From positions 1-64,000 of the forward strand of contig JALAGF010003803.1 of NCBI GenBank assembly GCA_030167865.1: 64,000 bases of DNA. The letters are read 5' to 3'. This document shows, in pieces, positions 1 to 11,762 of the stretch; the stretch's first letter is position 1, and the number at the start of each line of letters is the position of its first letter. The stretch is from Craspedostauros australis. Its lineage: Eukaryota. Both the position numbers and the translations under genes were made by a program. The notes below the pieces were generated by a model. It was not told where the DNA came from. It saw only the letters and a list, made by a program, of their open reading frames with translations, and did not search any database.

Positions 1-2050
1 CAAAGGTCAGCATGGTTGGGCAACCACCGTGGGCCACCGAAGTCACATTTTGGACGAAGTTGTTCGACACTTCGACGACCGTTGGATTGGGGTTTGCGTC
101 CTGCGAAGCCATGATCATAGCACCGACGAAGGTGCTGTCGATGAAGCATGAATTCTTGATGGTGAGTTTTGTGGCGCTCGACATAAATATCGCTTGCGAG
201 CGGCACCCAAGGCAGGGATTGGCAAGGTCAATGTCTGTGCTTGCACCTTGAAAGATGCAACCGTCAAAGCTGACCTGCAACCCAAACTGCTCCGAGTATG
301 CCTGGGCTTTGGTCCTGGATGTGGCGACGATTGTGTTATCCTGCGATGACCGAGGCAAAGCAAAGGAGAGGATCGAGGAGAGCGAGGAATGACGTGAGGC
401 ATGACGTTTGCACGAGCCATCGGTGCAGCACACAGCGATGAAGATTGTGGTCAGCGTAGGAGTGCATACGCGCTTGGCCTCGGGCTGCGCAAGAATTTTG
501 CAAGTTTCGATCGCTGGTGGGGGGCGAGGCAACGGCCTTCATGTACATGGCAACGTTTGGATCCGATGGTACTTACGAGGAAGGTGCAGTTAACGAAAGA
601 GAGAAAGGCTTCGGTCTCGAGCACGAAATTTCCGTTCTCCCTCCGGGCAGTTGCAAATACAACGGATTCTGTCACCATGTCCTTTAAACAGGCACCGCGG
701 GTAGATGGAGGGATGCGCATGGTAGGCAGATGTTGAGCCAGCAACATGCATCGACATATATAGAGAGACAGGCAGAAAGGAAGATGACATATCGGTATTG
801 GTGAGATGCTTGATTGGACGTCGTCTTTCATACGAGTACGCAGAGCGCATTGCAGTTTGCACTATGGGCGTGGCGTATTCCATGCAGGCGGGCGGGTGAA
901 CAGACACAGAGCAGAATAGAGTAGTGATGATGCTCCCATCAACATGTTGCTGACCAGAGCTACAGGAACGTAGATAGCAAAGTTGGCCACGCAAACAGGA
1001 TGGACACACAAGTGGTTGCCTCATATTTGTTGTTTCAGCAAGCAATTCTGTCCCGACGCGTTTTGTGGTAGTGTAACTTACTCTGAAGATGCAGTCGATG
1101 AACGTGACGCGCCCTGTGAACCTCATGCTCGAGGCAAGTAGACTGCCCCGGAACGTGAAGCCTTGGACCGTGATGGTTTCCATTTCTCCGAAGAAGACCG
1201 ACTGAGCCTCGCCAAGGTCAAAGATGCAGTTGTTTTGGCTTGACCCATCTTCGCCGCAGAGGTAGTGAGCATTCGGGATGCCGAGGATTGGGGGCTGCAG
1301 GGTGAAGATTCCCAGAGAGTAGATGTACGTGTTGAGGGTCTGCACAGTGTTGGGGCAGAATACCCATCGCGAGTCTTCGCTCGCGTTGTGGTGGACCGAT
1401 CTCGACGCGAAAAAGACATCAATCGACCGTTCGAAGCACGGGCTGTCGGGCGTCAAGGGGGTCGAAGAGGGCTCAAAGGAAAACTCCGAAGCGTCGACTT
1501 CTTCGTCAAAAGGAGCGCAGAAGCACGGGTCCCTTGCAAGAAACTGATAGCGCAAACAATCATTGCTGTTGAGGAAGGTTCCAGCATCGCGGTGTCTCTC
1601 GGCGCAGCCGCGTGCGAGGATGCCGTCGTAGTAGACGCCGTCTTTGTTCTTCATCTCCAATCCGGGGCAGCCTTCGCAGAAGGACGTGCATCCGCAAGCG
1701 TCTTCGTAGAACCTCGCGTCGGGGCCGAACTCGTAGGCAGTGCACTCCTCGTCGCTGAACGCCAGGGTCTCGTTGTAGAGAACCTCGCAGGACAAGGTCT
1801 CGTTCTTGTAGGTGAACGTGGCGTTCAGCTTTGTCGGCACCGGAGAAAGCAAGTTGCGGCAGAGGCTGCACGGGGGCGCTTCTTCGAGACTGCGGGTGGC
1901 ACCAATGGCGTTGCTCATCTCTTCGCCCAGGCTTCCGCCCATGAAGGCCGGCGCCGCCAGAGACGGCACGAAGAGGCTGGCTGTCCAGAGCAGCATGAGC
2001 ATTGCCATGGGGCAAGAGCGTCGCATGGGTTGGGCTTTGAATGGCGCCAT
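1..2050 (-). CDS. Secreted Cys-rich diatom cell-surface/extracellular protein, possible beta-helix C-terminal region; 3' end runs off the window. Exons about 2050-1082, 681-577, 340-<1
   Basis: Signal peptide (MLMLLWTASLFVPSLA), two CxxC...CxC modules, then a FCPNT...CGEDGSSQNNC...FIDCIF block. GTAAGT donors at 1081 and 576 and acceptors at 682 and 341 keep the frame and give repeated F-x-x-C-x-F motifs (FVNCTF, FDGCIF, IKNSCF). Confidence 0.7.
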
Positions 2051-2082
2051 CGTTGTCGTCTTGTTTGCGTCTGTGCTTTCGT

Positions 2083-2185
2083 TTGGCTTGGCTTGGTTTG
2101 GTTTGGCTTGATTTGATTGAATTCCACTCAGCTCGGCTCAGCCCAGCTCGACTCGAGTTCAATTGGATTGGATTGGATTGGATTT
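2083..2185. repeat. Imperfect pentanucleotide tandem repeats (TTGGC/TTGGT/TTGAT/GCTCA/TTGGA)
   Basis: Directly visible 5-mer runs upstream of the first gene. Confidence 0.7.
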
Positions 2186-3024
2186 GTGAAATGAGCTCAA
2201 CAGTCGTCAACGATTGTGGCGACGTCGATCTGTCAGCCTCTTCGTGGTTTGGCACTGTTTGTGAAAGTCTGCTCGAAATGGTGCTATTGCTGTGGATGAT
2301 GAAAGCGCAACTGAATGGGTACGACCATGACATCTTGCCCCCTTGATTTTGGATGCCAAGGAAAGAGACAAGATCTTTGCCATCGGCAACTTCCAGACGC
2401 GCATTCGTGTCAGCACTGCTGCGCTTCTGTCACGATCGGCGCCGCACCTTGTCTGTTCTGCAGAGTTTGGATCTGTTCTGTTGCTGTCGTTGTTGGCCAT
2501 CTGTCTCCCCTTGTTGTTGGCGCGACTCATCTTCCTTGGGGAGGCTGGAGGTGTATCCGACACAACAGACCTCCAATCTTGTGCCGAACATGCCACTCCA
2601 CCTGGAGGAAGAAGAGAGGACAGCGCCAAGGCTTCGATCTATTTCAGTTGCGGCAAGATTTGATGGCATCCTTCGCCGCGGCAAGTTTCCCAAATTGGTG
2701 ACCAAGACCTCGTTTTGTGACGTCATGCGAGTGTTCAGTCGTGAACACTTGAGTCGTGGAAGCCTCGCAAGTCGCCACGACGGAGGAGAGAGATCACGAC
2801 GACAACAACAGCCATGACGAAGATCCTCACACATCCCCATCCGCATCCGGACACCGGCAGAAGGTAGTAGAGCACTGTACTGTACTGCAATACTACACGA
2901 TACTCTATACACCTGTGCAAACACTCCTGCAGCGCTCGCAGGCGTTCAGACTCAGACTTGTACGTTATCTACCAATCGCACTCCCGCTGTCGCTCAAACT
3001 GGAGCTTTGCAGATCCACGCGGCG

Positions 3025-3681
3025 ATGATGACATTCGGCAACGAAAGCGACGATGACAACAGCAGCCTGAACCAAAGCGATGGCAACGACCATTCTGTGA
3101 ACGAAGATACCGGCGGCAAAACCTTCGTTGTTCCAGCTGCCAACCAGGCGGACGGTGAAACGGATACGGAGGATGAGGACATGGGAGGTGATCAGGATTA
3201 CGCTGGTGACAACGGTGCCGTTGACGCGTATGGCCACAGCGGCTTCGGTGGGCCCAGCGGCGGCTTTCGCATGAAGTTGGGCATGTACGGGAGCGATTCG
3301 GATGACGACGACGATGACGATAACAATGATGATGGTGGCAACGGCGGTGGTGGAAGTGATGAAAAGAGTGATGGCAATGACAATAACGAGCATGATAGCG
3401 ATGTTGATGGCGGAGATGGTGGCGACGAGGAGCCCATGGAAGCCGACGATCAGGAACTGACCAGGATCAAGCTGGAGTGTTCAGCGATGCTGGCGCTGTT
3501 GAAGAAATTGGAACGAGAAGAGCGCAACCTCGCGACGGAGGTGGAGATCCTTGCGAGGGAAGCAGTTCGCTGCGGTTTCGTCCGTGGCGCCGTCGAAGCG
3601 CCAGCTCCGAAAAGGCGGAAGAGCTCCGCCGGAAAAAAGAAGCCGGAGGCACCCACGAAAGCAAGGCAGAAGAAGGACTGA
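3025..3681 (+). CDS. Hypothetical nuclear protein with an acidic/Gly-rich N-terminus, C-terminal coiled coil and basic NLS-like tail
   Basis: Open frame from ATG 3025, D/G/N-rich tract, helix MLALLKKLEREERNLATEVEILAREA, tail PKRRKSSAGKKK. Confidence 0.7.
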   Translation: MMTFGNESDDDNSSLNQSDGNDHSVNEDTGGKTFVVPAANQADGETDTEDEDMGGDQDYAGDNGAVDAYGHSGFGGPSGGFRMKLGMYGSDSDDDDDDDNNDDGGNGGGGSDEKSDGNDNNEHDSDVDGGDGGDEEPMEADDQELTRIKLECSAMLALLKKLEREERNLATEVEILAREAVRCGFVRGAVEAPAPKRRKSSAGKKKPEAPTKARQKKD

Positions 3682-3970
3682 GATGGCGGAGGGATGGGGC
3701 ACGTATAGTAGACAGGGAGGTAGATAGGCGAGCAGATCGATGATTTGATGGTTGGAGTGGTTGAGTTCGTTATGCTATGACGGCCGCGGATTCATTTCTA
3801 CCGACATGGAAACGGAATTAATAGAGAGAGATAATACGTCGAATGTCAGAGTAGACAGGAGCGTAATCACTCGTACATACTGGCACCAGTACTCGCCGTA
3901 TCTTCAGGTTCCTCTCATGCGCACTTGTATGAATTTGATGCGTCTTCACCTCGCAAGGTCACCATGTCAC

Positions 3971-4729
3971 CTACATTGGGCCCACAAGATTCTCAGCATA
4001 GTTGCTGATGAAGGGGATTTGATTTGGCTTCTTCCCCTGCAGGTTGCTGTACACGCAGTACACTATCGCTGCCATGTAGGTGTACCACATGAAGTTGCTG
4101 CATGGTTCCGCCAAGTAACGCGGAATGTCGCTGGCCTGGAATCCTTCACCGAAAATGGCTGGAAGCAGCAGTGCTATATCCAACGCTGCCGCCTGCTGCG
4201 CACTGAACCGCACGCCGCGGCTCATGTCCATGTTGCCTCGCGTTCCCAAAGTGAGGGCAACGAAGAAGATGAAACTGAGGAACGGGATGCCGTCGAAGAT
4301 GTTCACCAGCGGCTGCAACAAAAGCTCGTGCAGGAAGCCCAGCGGAATGGGGATGCGTTCGTAGATATAATTTCCGAAGACGTCTCCATCGATCAACGGC
4401 AGCAAGTACGGCACGCACGCCTTGATCCGGTCAGGTCCCTCTAGATCGTCGTCGGAGCTCCACATGCCGTTGTAAAGCCGCGATGTCGCAGGCGGCGTTG
4501 GTGTTGACGTGAATGCCGGCATCCTTCCAGAGCCACATGGCAGCTGCTCGGCGATGCGGCATGATCGATGATTGCGGGCGTTCTGGATATCGGTTCCAGG
4601 ATGCATGCGCGCGGATCTCGGTCGCAGCGATGGCTGGAATGCGACGGTGCTCGAGATGAGCAGCACGACGACCAACAGCATGCCCAAGTGGCGCCGTCGC
4701 TGCATCATCACTTGGCTGGCGTTTGACAT
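3971..4729 (-). CDS. TIC20: Tic20/Ycf60-family plastid inner-envelope import protein
   Basis: DRIKACVPYLLPLIDG, FFVALT, VRFSAQQAAALDIALL and GKKPNQIPFIS match the Tic20 family; bipartite presequence LLVVVLLISSTVA-FQP; start codon uncertain. Confidence 0.85.
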   Translation of the reverse strand: MSNASQVMMQRRRHLGMLLVVVLLISSTVAFQPSLRPRSARMHPGTDIQNARNHRSCRIAEQLPCGSGRMPAFTSTPTPPATSRLYNGMWSSDDDLEGPDRIKACVPYLLPLIDGDVFGNYIYERIPIPLGFLHELLLQPLVNIFDGIPFLSFIFFVALTLGTRGNMDMSRGVRFSAQQAAALDIALLLPAIFGEGFQASDIPRYLAEPCSNFMWYTYMAAIVYCVYSNLQGKKPNQIPFISNYAENLVGPM

Positions 4730-5293
4730 GTTATGTTCCTTCAAGGACGACTTCTCTTGATGTATTGGGACCCAAGTCTCTGCATCAAGTCTTCCGGGAG
4801 CAGAGGGTTGCACTTGCGCTCTGCTTTTGCAACTGCTCCAAACCGAAATCGCTTTGGTGTGGTTACACCTCTTTGTTGCCGAAGTGCTTCGAGTGCAATG
4901 GTCGATTGATCATCTAGGTTGCGGACGGCGGTTGACGAAGATCGTGTTACCACCACCAACGAAGAAGGGAGAACACTTCAGATCTTCCTTGAAGTGGAAT
5001 GGAATGAACCGATCTCCATCAAGGGACACTCTAATTGTTGTCTCTTGTTGGCACGTTGAAATAGTTTGCAGACCTCTTAGAATATCCTTCCGGACCTCGT
5101 GGAGTGAACTTTCGAACAAGACAAGCAACAACACGAAAAATGGAACGACCATGATGGTCGCGAATGTTGCTTTCGTCCTCATCACAAAAAACAACACGGC
5201 ATGGCACGAGCACCTGGCCCAGACACCCTCCACAACTGATCACTCGCCTCCATTCAACGCTGTCCAAATCCATCCTGCTCCTGCTGCACCACC

Positions 5294-5934
5294 ATGACAT
5301 CGGCAAGACGCAGCATCCTCAGCGGTGATGGATCCCCCAAATCATTGTCACTGTCGGCAACGCCAGATGAAGGACAGTCGTTGCCATCGGATTTGGTCAA
5401 GGAACTGATCCTGCTGCATCACTGCGGCGATGGCACGCAGGATGGGACAGCAGCTGGCGGCACGACGAAGCGCATTCCTGCGGAGACGGCCAAGGCAGCG
5501 GCAGAACTGCTGCGGTTATTTGTGTTGGAGGCGAGATCGCGGGCGACCACCGAGGTGAGAAGAGACCGTGTGTGGTTGCATGGTTGCATGGCAATGGATA
5601 CGTGTGCAACTTCACTCCTTCCTCTGGTCTACGCCAGAGAGAGAGAGAGAGAGCCCACCTCATGTTTCAACTACCATGCCTTGGTGGTACTCCACAATCG
5701 CTCACTCCGCTCTACACAATCGCCTACTCCATGGTGTTGCCACACTTCTCTTGTAATACTCTGTATCATGTTCGTATAATGCATGCTGGTGTGGAACAGG
5801 CGGAATGTGATCAGGAAGGAAATCTGAGCCAGTACAACAAGGGCCTTGAGGATGGTGCTGGCTCGAGCGAAGTGGCCATACGAGCAGAGCACATCACGAA
5901 GATTGCAGCGGAGTTGTTGATGGACTTTTCGTAG
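5294..5934 (+). CDS. CENPX: CENP-X/MHF2 histone-fold protein; exons 5294-5554, 5800-5934
   Basis: RIPAETAKAAAELLRLFVLEARSRA ... IRAEHITKIAAELLMDF; phase-0 intron 5555-5799 (GTGAGA...ACAG). Confidence 0.85.
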
Positions 5935-6040
5935 TGATCTAGTATGGAGTTTTATGGTGGAGAGCACGAGTGTTCCAAAGTGTATGGTACTTGCGAGCAC
6001 AAGACCGGTGCAAGAGCACACAATTCTCGAGAGTTCTGTA

Positions 6041-7575
6041 CTACCGAACCAGCTGCGCAGAACCTGCGGTGTTCCTGGAATGCAAGAACTGATCAAGCAC
6101 GCCCATGAGCGTCACGACTCCGCCCACGACAGCGCAAACGGAGGTGAAGAAGTGGACCCATCCTCTTTGGTACTCTTCAACGATCTCCACGTGCAACGGC
6201 GATATCTCGTAGAAGAAGAAGACCCCCGGCAGGCCTCGGCCACCACCGGGGTTCACATGACGCAGATGCTCCGTGACGCTGAACTGGTTGGTCTGGATGG
6301 TTGTACCATTGAGGAACACATACTTCGTAGGCACCACCTGTGCACGATATCCATTCCATTCCAATACAGTACAATCCAGTGAGATGTACGCCCATGTAAC
6401 ATCATGAACACCATCGTGAAGAAGAAGAGAAATAATAGAGAAGCACAAGTTAGAGTTTGGCTCTGATTCATCACTCGTAGCTTGTTTATGTATCGCTTGG
6501 CGAGCGCATTAATACTCATACTCGCAAACTCATTCGCTTTCACATTCACATTCACAGCTGTCACCACGAAAGGAAAGGCAGAACAATCACACACACATAT
6601 GCACAAACGAACGCACAAACGAAATGCACGTACCTGGAAGTAGTATTGGTACATCCCGTAGGCATCCACGATCGTTCTCCACTCTCCGTCAAGTTGGCGT
6701 TCATGCCCTGGGAATTCGTCTCCGAACTTGATGGTGTGGATGGAATGGGACACGTTCCACTGCTCGAAGGTCTTCATGAGGACATCGAACACGGACAGCT
6801 GACCTTGCTCATCATGATCGAGAGAATCGAGGGACCGTCCCGGAGCGAGATGGAAGTTGCCGCCTCCCGAACTCAGGGCGATGACGCCATGCACGTTGCA
6901 ACCTTCATCGTCGGCCTCGTTGACCTGGCTCTCCTGCTTGCACTGCTCGATGGAGCTGGGATCGTCCAGGTGCCAACCCTTGCGCTTGTAGGCGCGTTTG
7001 ACATCCTCGCAGGTATCGCAGCATTCGTGCTCGTCGCCGGCACCGTAGCAGCTGCCGCATTCCGTTTCCTTCGGTGGCAGCGTCGCCTCCGCAGACGCAT
7101 TCGCTTTCGCAGACACTGTCGTCGCGTTGATTCCCTTCTTCTCCAGCTCCGCCATGAGATGCTTCTCATCCCGCAACGTGCTGCCGATCTCCAACCTCGA
7201 CCGATCGCCGACCATCTGAATGTCGCCATCCTCCGTCATCTTGACGCGGTGCTTCCAGATGTGATGCTGCTTGTCGAGATGGAAGGACTGCGGTTGGCCC
7301 GTCGGGTCATTGGCATCCACATTGAGCAGGCTGCACGGCACCTTGGGCAGGGAGATGTCGAACTCGACATCCAGCCCCGTGGAGGATGTGGAATTGACAT
7401 GGACGCGTTCTCTGGTGACCGTCTGGAAGTTGTACTGCAGCTCCGTTGCGACGAGGTACACAATCGCGAGCACCGTGACCAGGGACAGCACGCCTCCGCT
7501 CACTGTGTAGACGCGGAACTCGCTCGATACGGAGCTGTGTCCATCGATGTTGCGCAAGCGATCTGCGACGCCCAT
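6041..7575 (-). CDS. ERGIC3: ER-Golgi intermediate compartment protein ERGIC3/Erv46; exons 7575-6634, 6337-6041
   Basis: CGSCYGA..CCDTCEDVKRAY, EGCNVHG, GNFHLAPG, NVSHSIH, LPGVFFFYEISP, CAVVGGV; intron 6633-6338. Confidence 0.93.
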
Positions 7576-8390
7576 CTTCTTGCTGTCTGTTCCTTGTACG
7601 AGTCTTGGTGATCCGCTTGTGGAGTGGAGTAGAGGAGAGGAGAGTGTTTGGCTGTGTTCAGTTGCCAATGTTGCTGTGTCGATTGTGTGGGAACAGGGGT
7701 CATCCAGATCCTTGTGTTTGGCTCCTCTCTTGTGTGTGTGTTTGTTGGCGTTGTTCTGGTTGGCGTTGTTGTTGGCCTTGGCGTTGGAATCCAACAACAG
7801 CGATTCCACAAGTATCCGTTGAGGACGACATGACTGCGACATGACTTGGAGTCGGCAGAGTCTCCCATCAACTCAAATCAACCACCAAAACACACACCCA
7901 AGACAAAAGAAAAATGGCGCCAAATGCGCTGCAAACAAGCACGTGCACATGCCTGCTCCCTGTACTATACGATGAAGGACACCATCGCAATGATAACGAT
8001 AACGATAATAATAATGATACTAATGCTTAACATGTGCGTGCTCGTTGCTCTTGTTCTTGTGGAACGGCGCAGTGGTGGAATGAATGATGAACTCGGTGGG
8101 TTGTCGACTAAGTTGCTTGCCTGTTGGCAAACGACGAATCCTCGAAGCATTCATTCATGTTTTCATTCCTTCATTCTTCTCTCTTTCTCTGTCTGCGTGC
8201 GTCGATTGGATTTCCTGCGTATCGCTTGCTTTGCTGATCCATCACGACATTGATCAGGAGAGGGAAGTCGCAGCCAGTAACTTTTCATGCCGGTCGTTGG
8301 TTTTGTCAGGGCATGTTTGATCTGTGCAGATGGTTACCAACCATGTGATGCAGATGCGGCTACAGCCGCCGCTTGCTTCGTTTGCTTCGT

Positions 8391-9994
8391 TTATGCAATC
8401 TGCGGCAGGTGGTAGGTTCCCGCATTCTTGGAGGGTGGGTCCATGCCATGTGGCACGGAGCTTGCCATGCTGGAGTCATCGGAATCCGCGCGACGGATGA
8501 TGGTACCATCGGGCCCGATCACCGCTTCGCCTGCGCTGACGCCGCTGTCCACGGTGAGCTTCATCAGGTATCCAAACAGTGCGGTGTTCATGATCAGCAT
8601 CAGGCCCCACGTTATGTTCTTCAATTGCAGCAATGCGAAGACGGTGATCACGATGACGATGAGGACGAAGACACCGATGACATGCGCCTGCTGCAGACCA
8701 GCTGCGCTCATGGCGGCCTGTTCCAGAAGGGCATCCTTATTGGACATCTTCTGGCGCTTCCGGAGGATGGCAACCAGCATTCCGGTACCGAAGATGCCGA
8801 GGAAAACAAGCAGGATCTTGTCAGGTGTCGTCCATCCTTCCTTCTCACGTGGTTCCAATCCGGTCTTCTGGCATTTGCGGTTGCACTGCTGTTTGTACGT
8901 CCATGCGGTGGAGCAGAAAGGGGAGTCCATCTGATAGTTCTCGTAGTAGGTGGCATCATCGACCTCGTCGTCGTTCTTGTCCACCCAGCTCACACATTGG
9001 GAGCAGTGCTTGAACGGAAGCTGTGATCGTGGATGGCGCCAGGACGAGGAGAGTAAATGGCAGTTGCATAGAGTATCAACAGAGCAAGTCATTGCGTGAG
9101 CGTTGGCGTACAACTGCGAGTAGAGTACAACAAAGCAATCCTTTTCAACACAATTTCCAATGATACTCGTGGCACTCACCTGAATGGCGGTTGCGTCGAT
9201 GTTAGAGTCGTCGTATCCATCCACGATGGCGCGCGTTGTGCATGTGTTATCCGTGTAAACGTTGACGGCCAGCTGCTGGGTGGAATCGTCCGAACATCCC
9301 AGTTGCAGGTAGTACACCTCATTTTCGATGACCTGTTGCGTGCACGTGGTGTACTGGGAAGCATCTGGTTCCACATAATCGTCGTAGCCCTTCGCGGCTT
9401 GCACCTTGGCGTAGTACTCAAGATATCCATCAACGAAAGTGGGAACGGCGGCAGTGTATGTGCCCATTGGCGTATCGGTGCACTGATTCTTGGTGTCATC
9501 GAACAGCGAAAAGACGATGACATCGACGTTGTTGCTGTTGCGCGAATCAATCGATGGCAATGGTGAGAAGACGGTGGAAGCAAGAATAGAGCAGAGGTGA
9601 CAGGCGTGAGTGGTTTTTCTGAGATATGGTCTGTGGATCATCCAGGTTCAAATTCTCGTTCATCATGCATGATATGTGGTACTGATTGGTCGGCTCCACA
9701 ATAAGTTTGATCTTTCAATCCCAATGATGACAGCACGTGTTGAACTTACTACACAATGCAACGCTTTGGAAGAATGGCGTAGTTGGTCCAGTACACGATT
9801 TGGTCATCATCGTCATCAGCCGCATCATCATTGGCGTATGCATTGCCGTCGTCGTTTTCCGCCTGTGCAGCGTCATCTCCAGCCGCAGCATCGTCGTTGC
9901 CGTTGGCATCGTCATTTTGTTGCTGTTGTTCTGCTTGCACCATGCACGCCAGCAGCAATGCAACCAGCAGGAACAGCCGTCTGAATTTCATCAT
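8391..9994 (-). CDS. Silicanin-like membrane protein (signal peptide, acidic N/Q/D tract, 10-Cys lumenal domain, 3 predicted TM helices); exons 9994-9750, 9534-9180, 9020-8391
   Basis: Spliced frame is continuous (CIV-Y-NNVDV; IQ-LPFK). Motifs GTYTAAVPTFVDGYL and YYLQLGCSDDSTQQLAVNVYTDNTC resemble silicanin-type lumenal domains. Confidence 0.7.
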
Positions 9995-11762
9995 TTGTAT
10001 TGCCTTTTGTCCTTTCTTTCCTGTTCTGGTTTATTCTGCGTTTGATTCTGCGATTTCCAATGTTGTTGTGCATTTGACGAAGCAAAGAATGGCATGGACA
10101 AACAAAAACCAATGATGGCCAACGATGGCCAATGAAGAAGAAACGGCATGATGGGACGTGCCGTCGTGGGTTCGTGAATGAGAACGGCAATCGGAAATGA
10201 AAAGACAGGGAACACGGAGATGTCGAGTGAGAACGAAGTGAATCATCTCGTAGACAGAATGGCATGCATGATCAATCTCATCCATCATCAAGGGTGCATC
10301 GTCCCGAATCCGCAGTGCTTTCTCCGGATGGTTCATATGTTCTTCGTCACGTCATTGTCAGAATCGTTGCGTCTCATCGTCAATGCCCTGCGGCGTATTC
10401 ATCATGCGCTGGAGCAACTCACTCACTCACGCACACACTCCCTCGTAGCTCGGAGTTCCTTCGCCGTTGTTCGCAAAGTGTTGGAAAGCAATCGATGACT
10501 CAATCAATGTGGCAATCAACCGTCTGTCGTTCCTGGTGGATGCTTGCTTCGTTAGATGTTCCAATGCAAGGGATGGTTAATGTCCTCCTGATGCTCTCCT
10601 CAAGTTCTTCGTCCCTTTGCTGGATGGGATCACTGACACTCGTCGTCGTGTAGTATGCTGCTTGTGTAATTGTAGCGTGGGAATGCTATTGCACTGTGCG
10701 AGTACCCAGCGTATTAGTGCGAGTATCGTGTGTGGTGCGACGGTGACGAAGCGTTGTTGGATATCTCGCCGAATGGAAAGGTTGGCAGCTCACGTGATGA
10801 TGTTTTCTACCGTTTCGTGGCTGTCAAAAGGTGAGTGTGTGATGAGGGGTTTGGCTTGGTCTGGCTCGGCTTCGTTTCGTTTCGTTTTAACTTCGATCCT
10901 GTGCTGTCTCCAGTTTCCTGTCTCGTCTTGCTCCCGCTGATGTTGCTGTTGCTGTTGCTGTTGATGGGGATGGTCGTGGCAATGGCAATGCTGGCGAAGC
11001 TGATGTTAACAATGATGTTGTTGATGTTGCTGATTGGTTGGTTGGGTTGGCCATTGATGCAAGGAGAGACGTTCGCTGTTGCCGTTGTCGTCGTCGTTGT
11101 TGTCGTTTCGCTCGATCTGTCTTTGGCTTCTACCGTTTCACCGCCATCAAACACACCCACAACAAAGCGAACAAGTCGCGCAGAAAACAAGGGCAAATGC
11201 ATCGCCATCTCTGCGATGACACGTTTTCCTTATTTTTCCGTTGTTTGGCCCGACGCAGCTGTGACGGCGCATTTGTTGGCTGCATGTACTTAACGCTCCC
11301 TGTTTGAAAGTTATTCATGTCCGTATGTATGATGAGGCAATGGGTTTTCAGCATGGTCCGGCAACGGCTAAGAAAAACAAGGCGGCCGAGCTCAAATGAA
11401 TCGGGTGGGTCGTACAAGTAGTACTTGTATAGTCCGTACTGAAGAGGATACCTTCGTGTGTCGATTCTTCTTCTTCTTCTTTCGTGTTGTTCTTCGCGAA
11501 TTTGCGTACGTCGACACACCAATGAACCACGTGAAGGAATGAAGACAACGTCTGCCTCCGACGTACGACATCATCGCGGACACGCACAGCCCTGGTGGGA
11601 GCACTGGAAGAGTTCTTGCACTCATCCATGTGTTCCGCTCGACCTACCTACCTTCATTCTCCCATAAAAGAAGAGCATCGCCGTCGTCTATCTGCGCTCC
11701 ACCACCGAAGCTGGATTCTCGTTCTGAGCATACGCACCATAGGACGAGCACATACGAGCGCG

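Noticed and set aside
2207-2924. Several overlapping 100-160 aa ORFs on both strands
   Set aside because: No recognisable motif or consistent coding bias; the region lies between divergent genes and is probably promoter/UTR
4910-5233. 107-aa minus-strand ORF with a hydrophobic stretch
   Set aside because: Lies in the short divergent promoter between TIC20 and CENPX; no supporting motif
9749-9751. In-frame TAG ending the 81-aa ORF as possible readthrough
   Set aside because: It spans the exon/intron junction (TA|GTAAGT); splicing yields Tyr
10807-11293. Hydrophobic ORF 10835-11293 and its antisense ORF
   Set aside because: Produced by GTT/GCT/GAT trinucleotide low complexity
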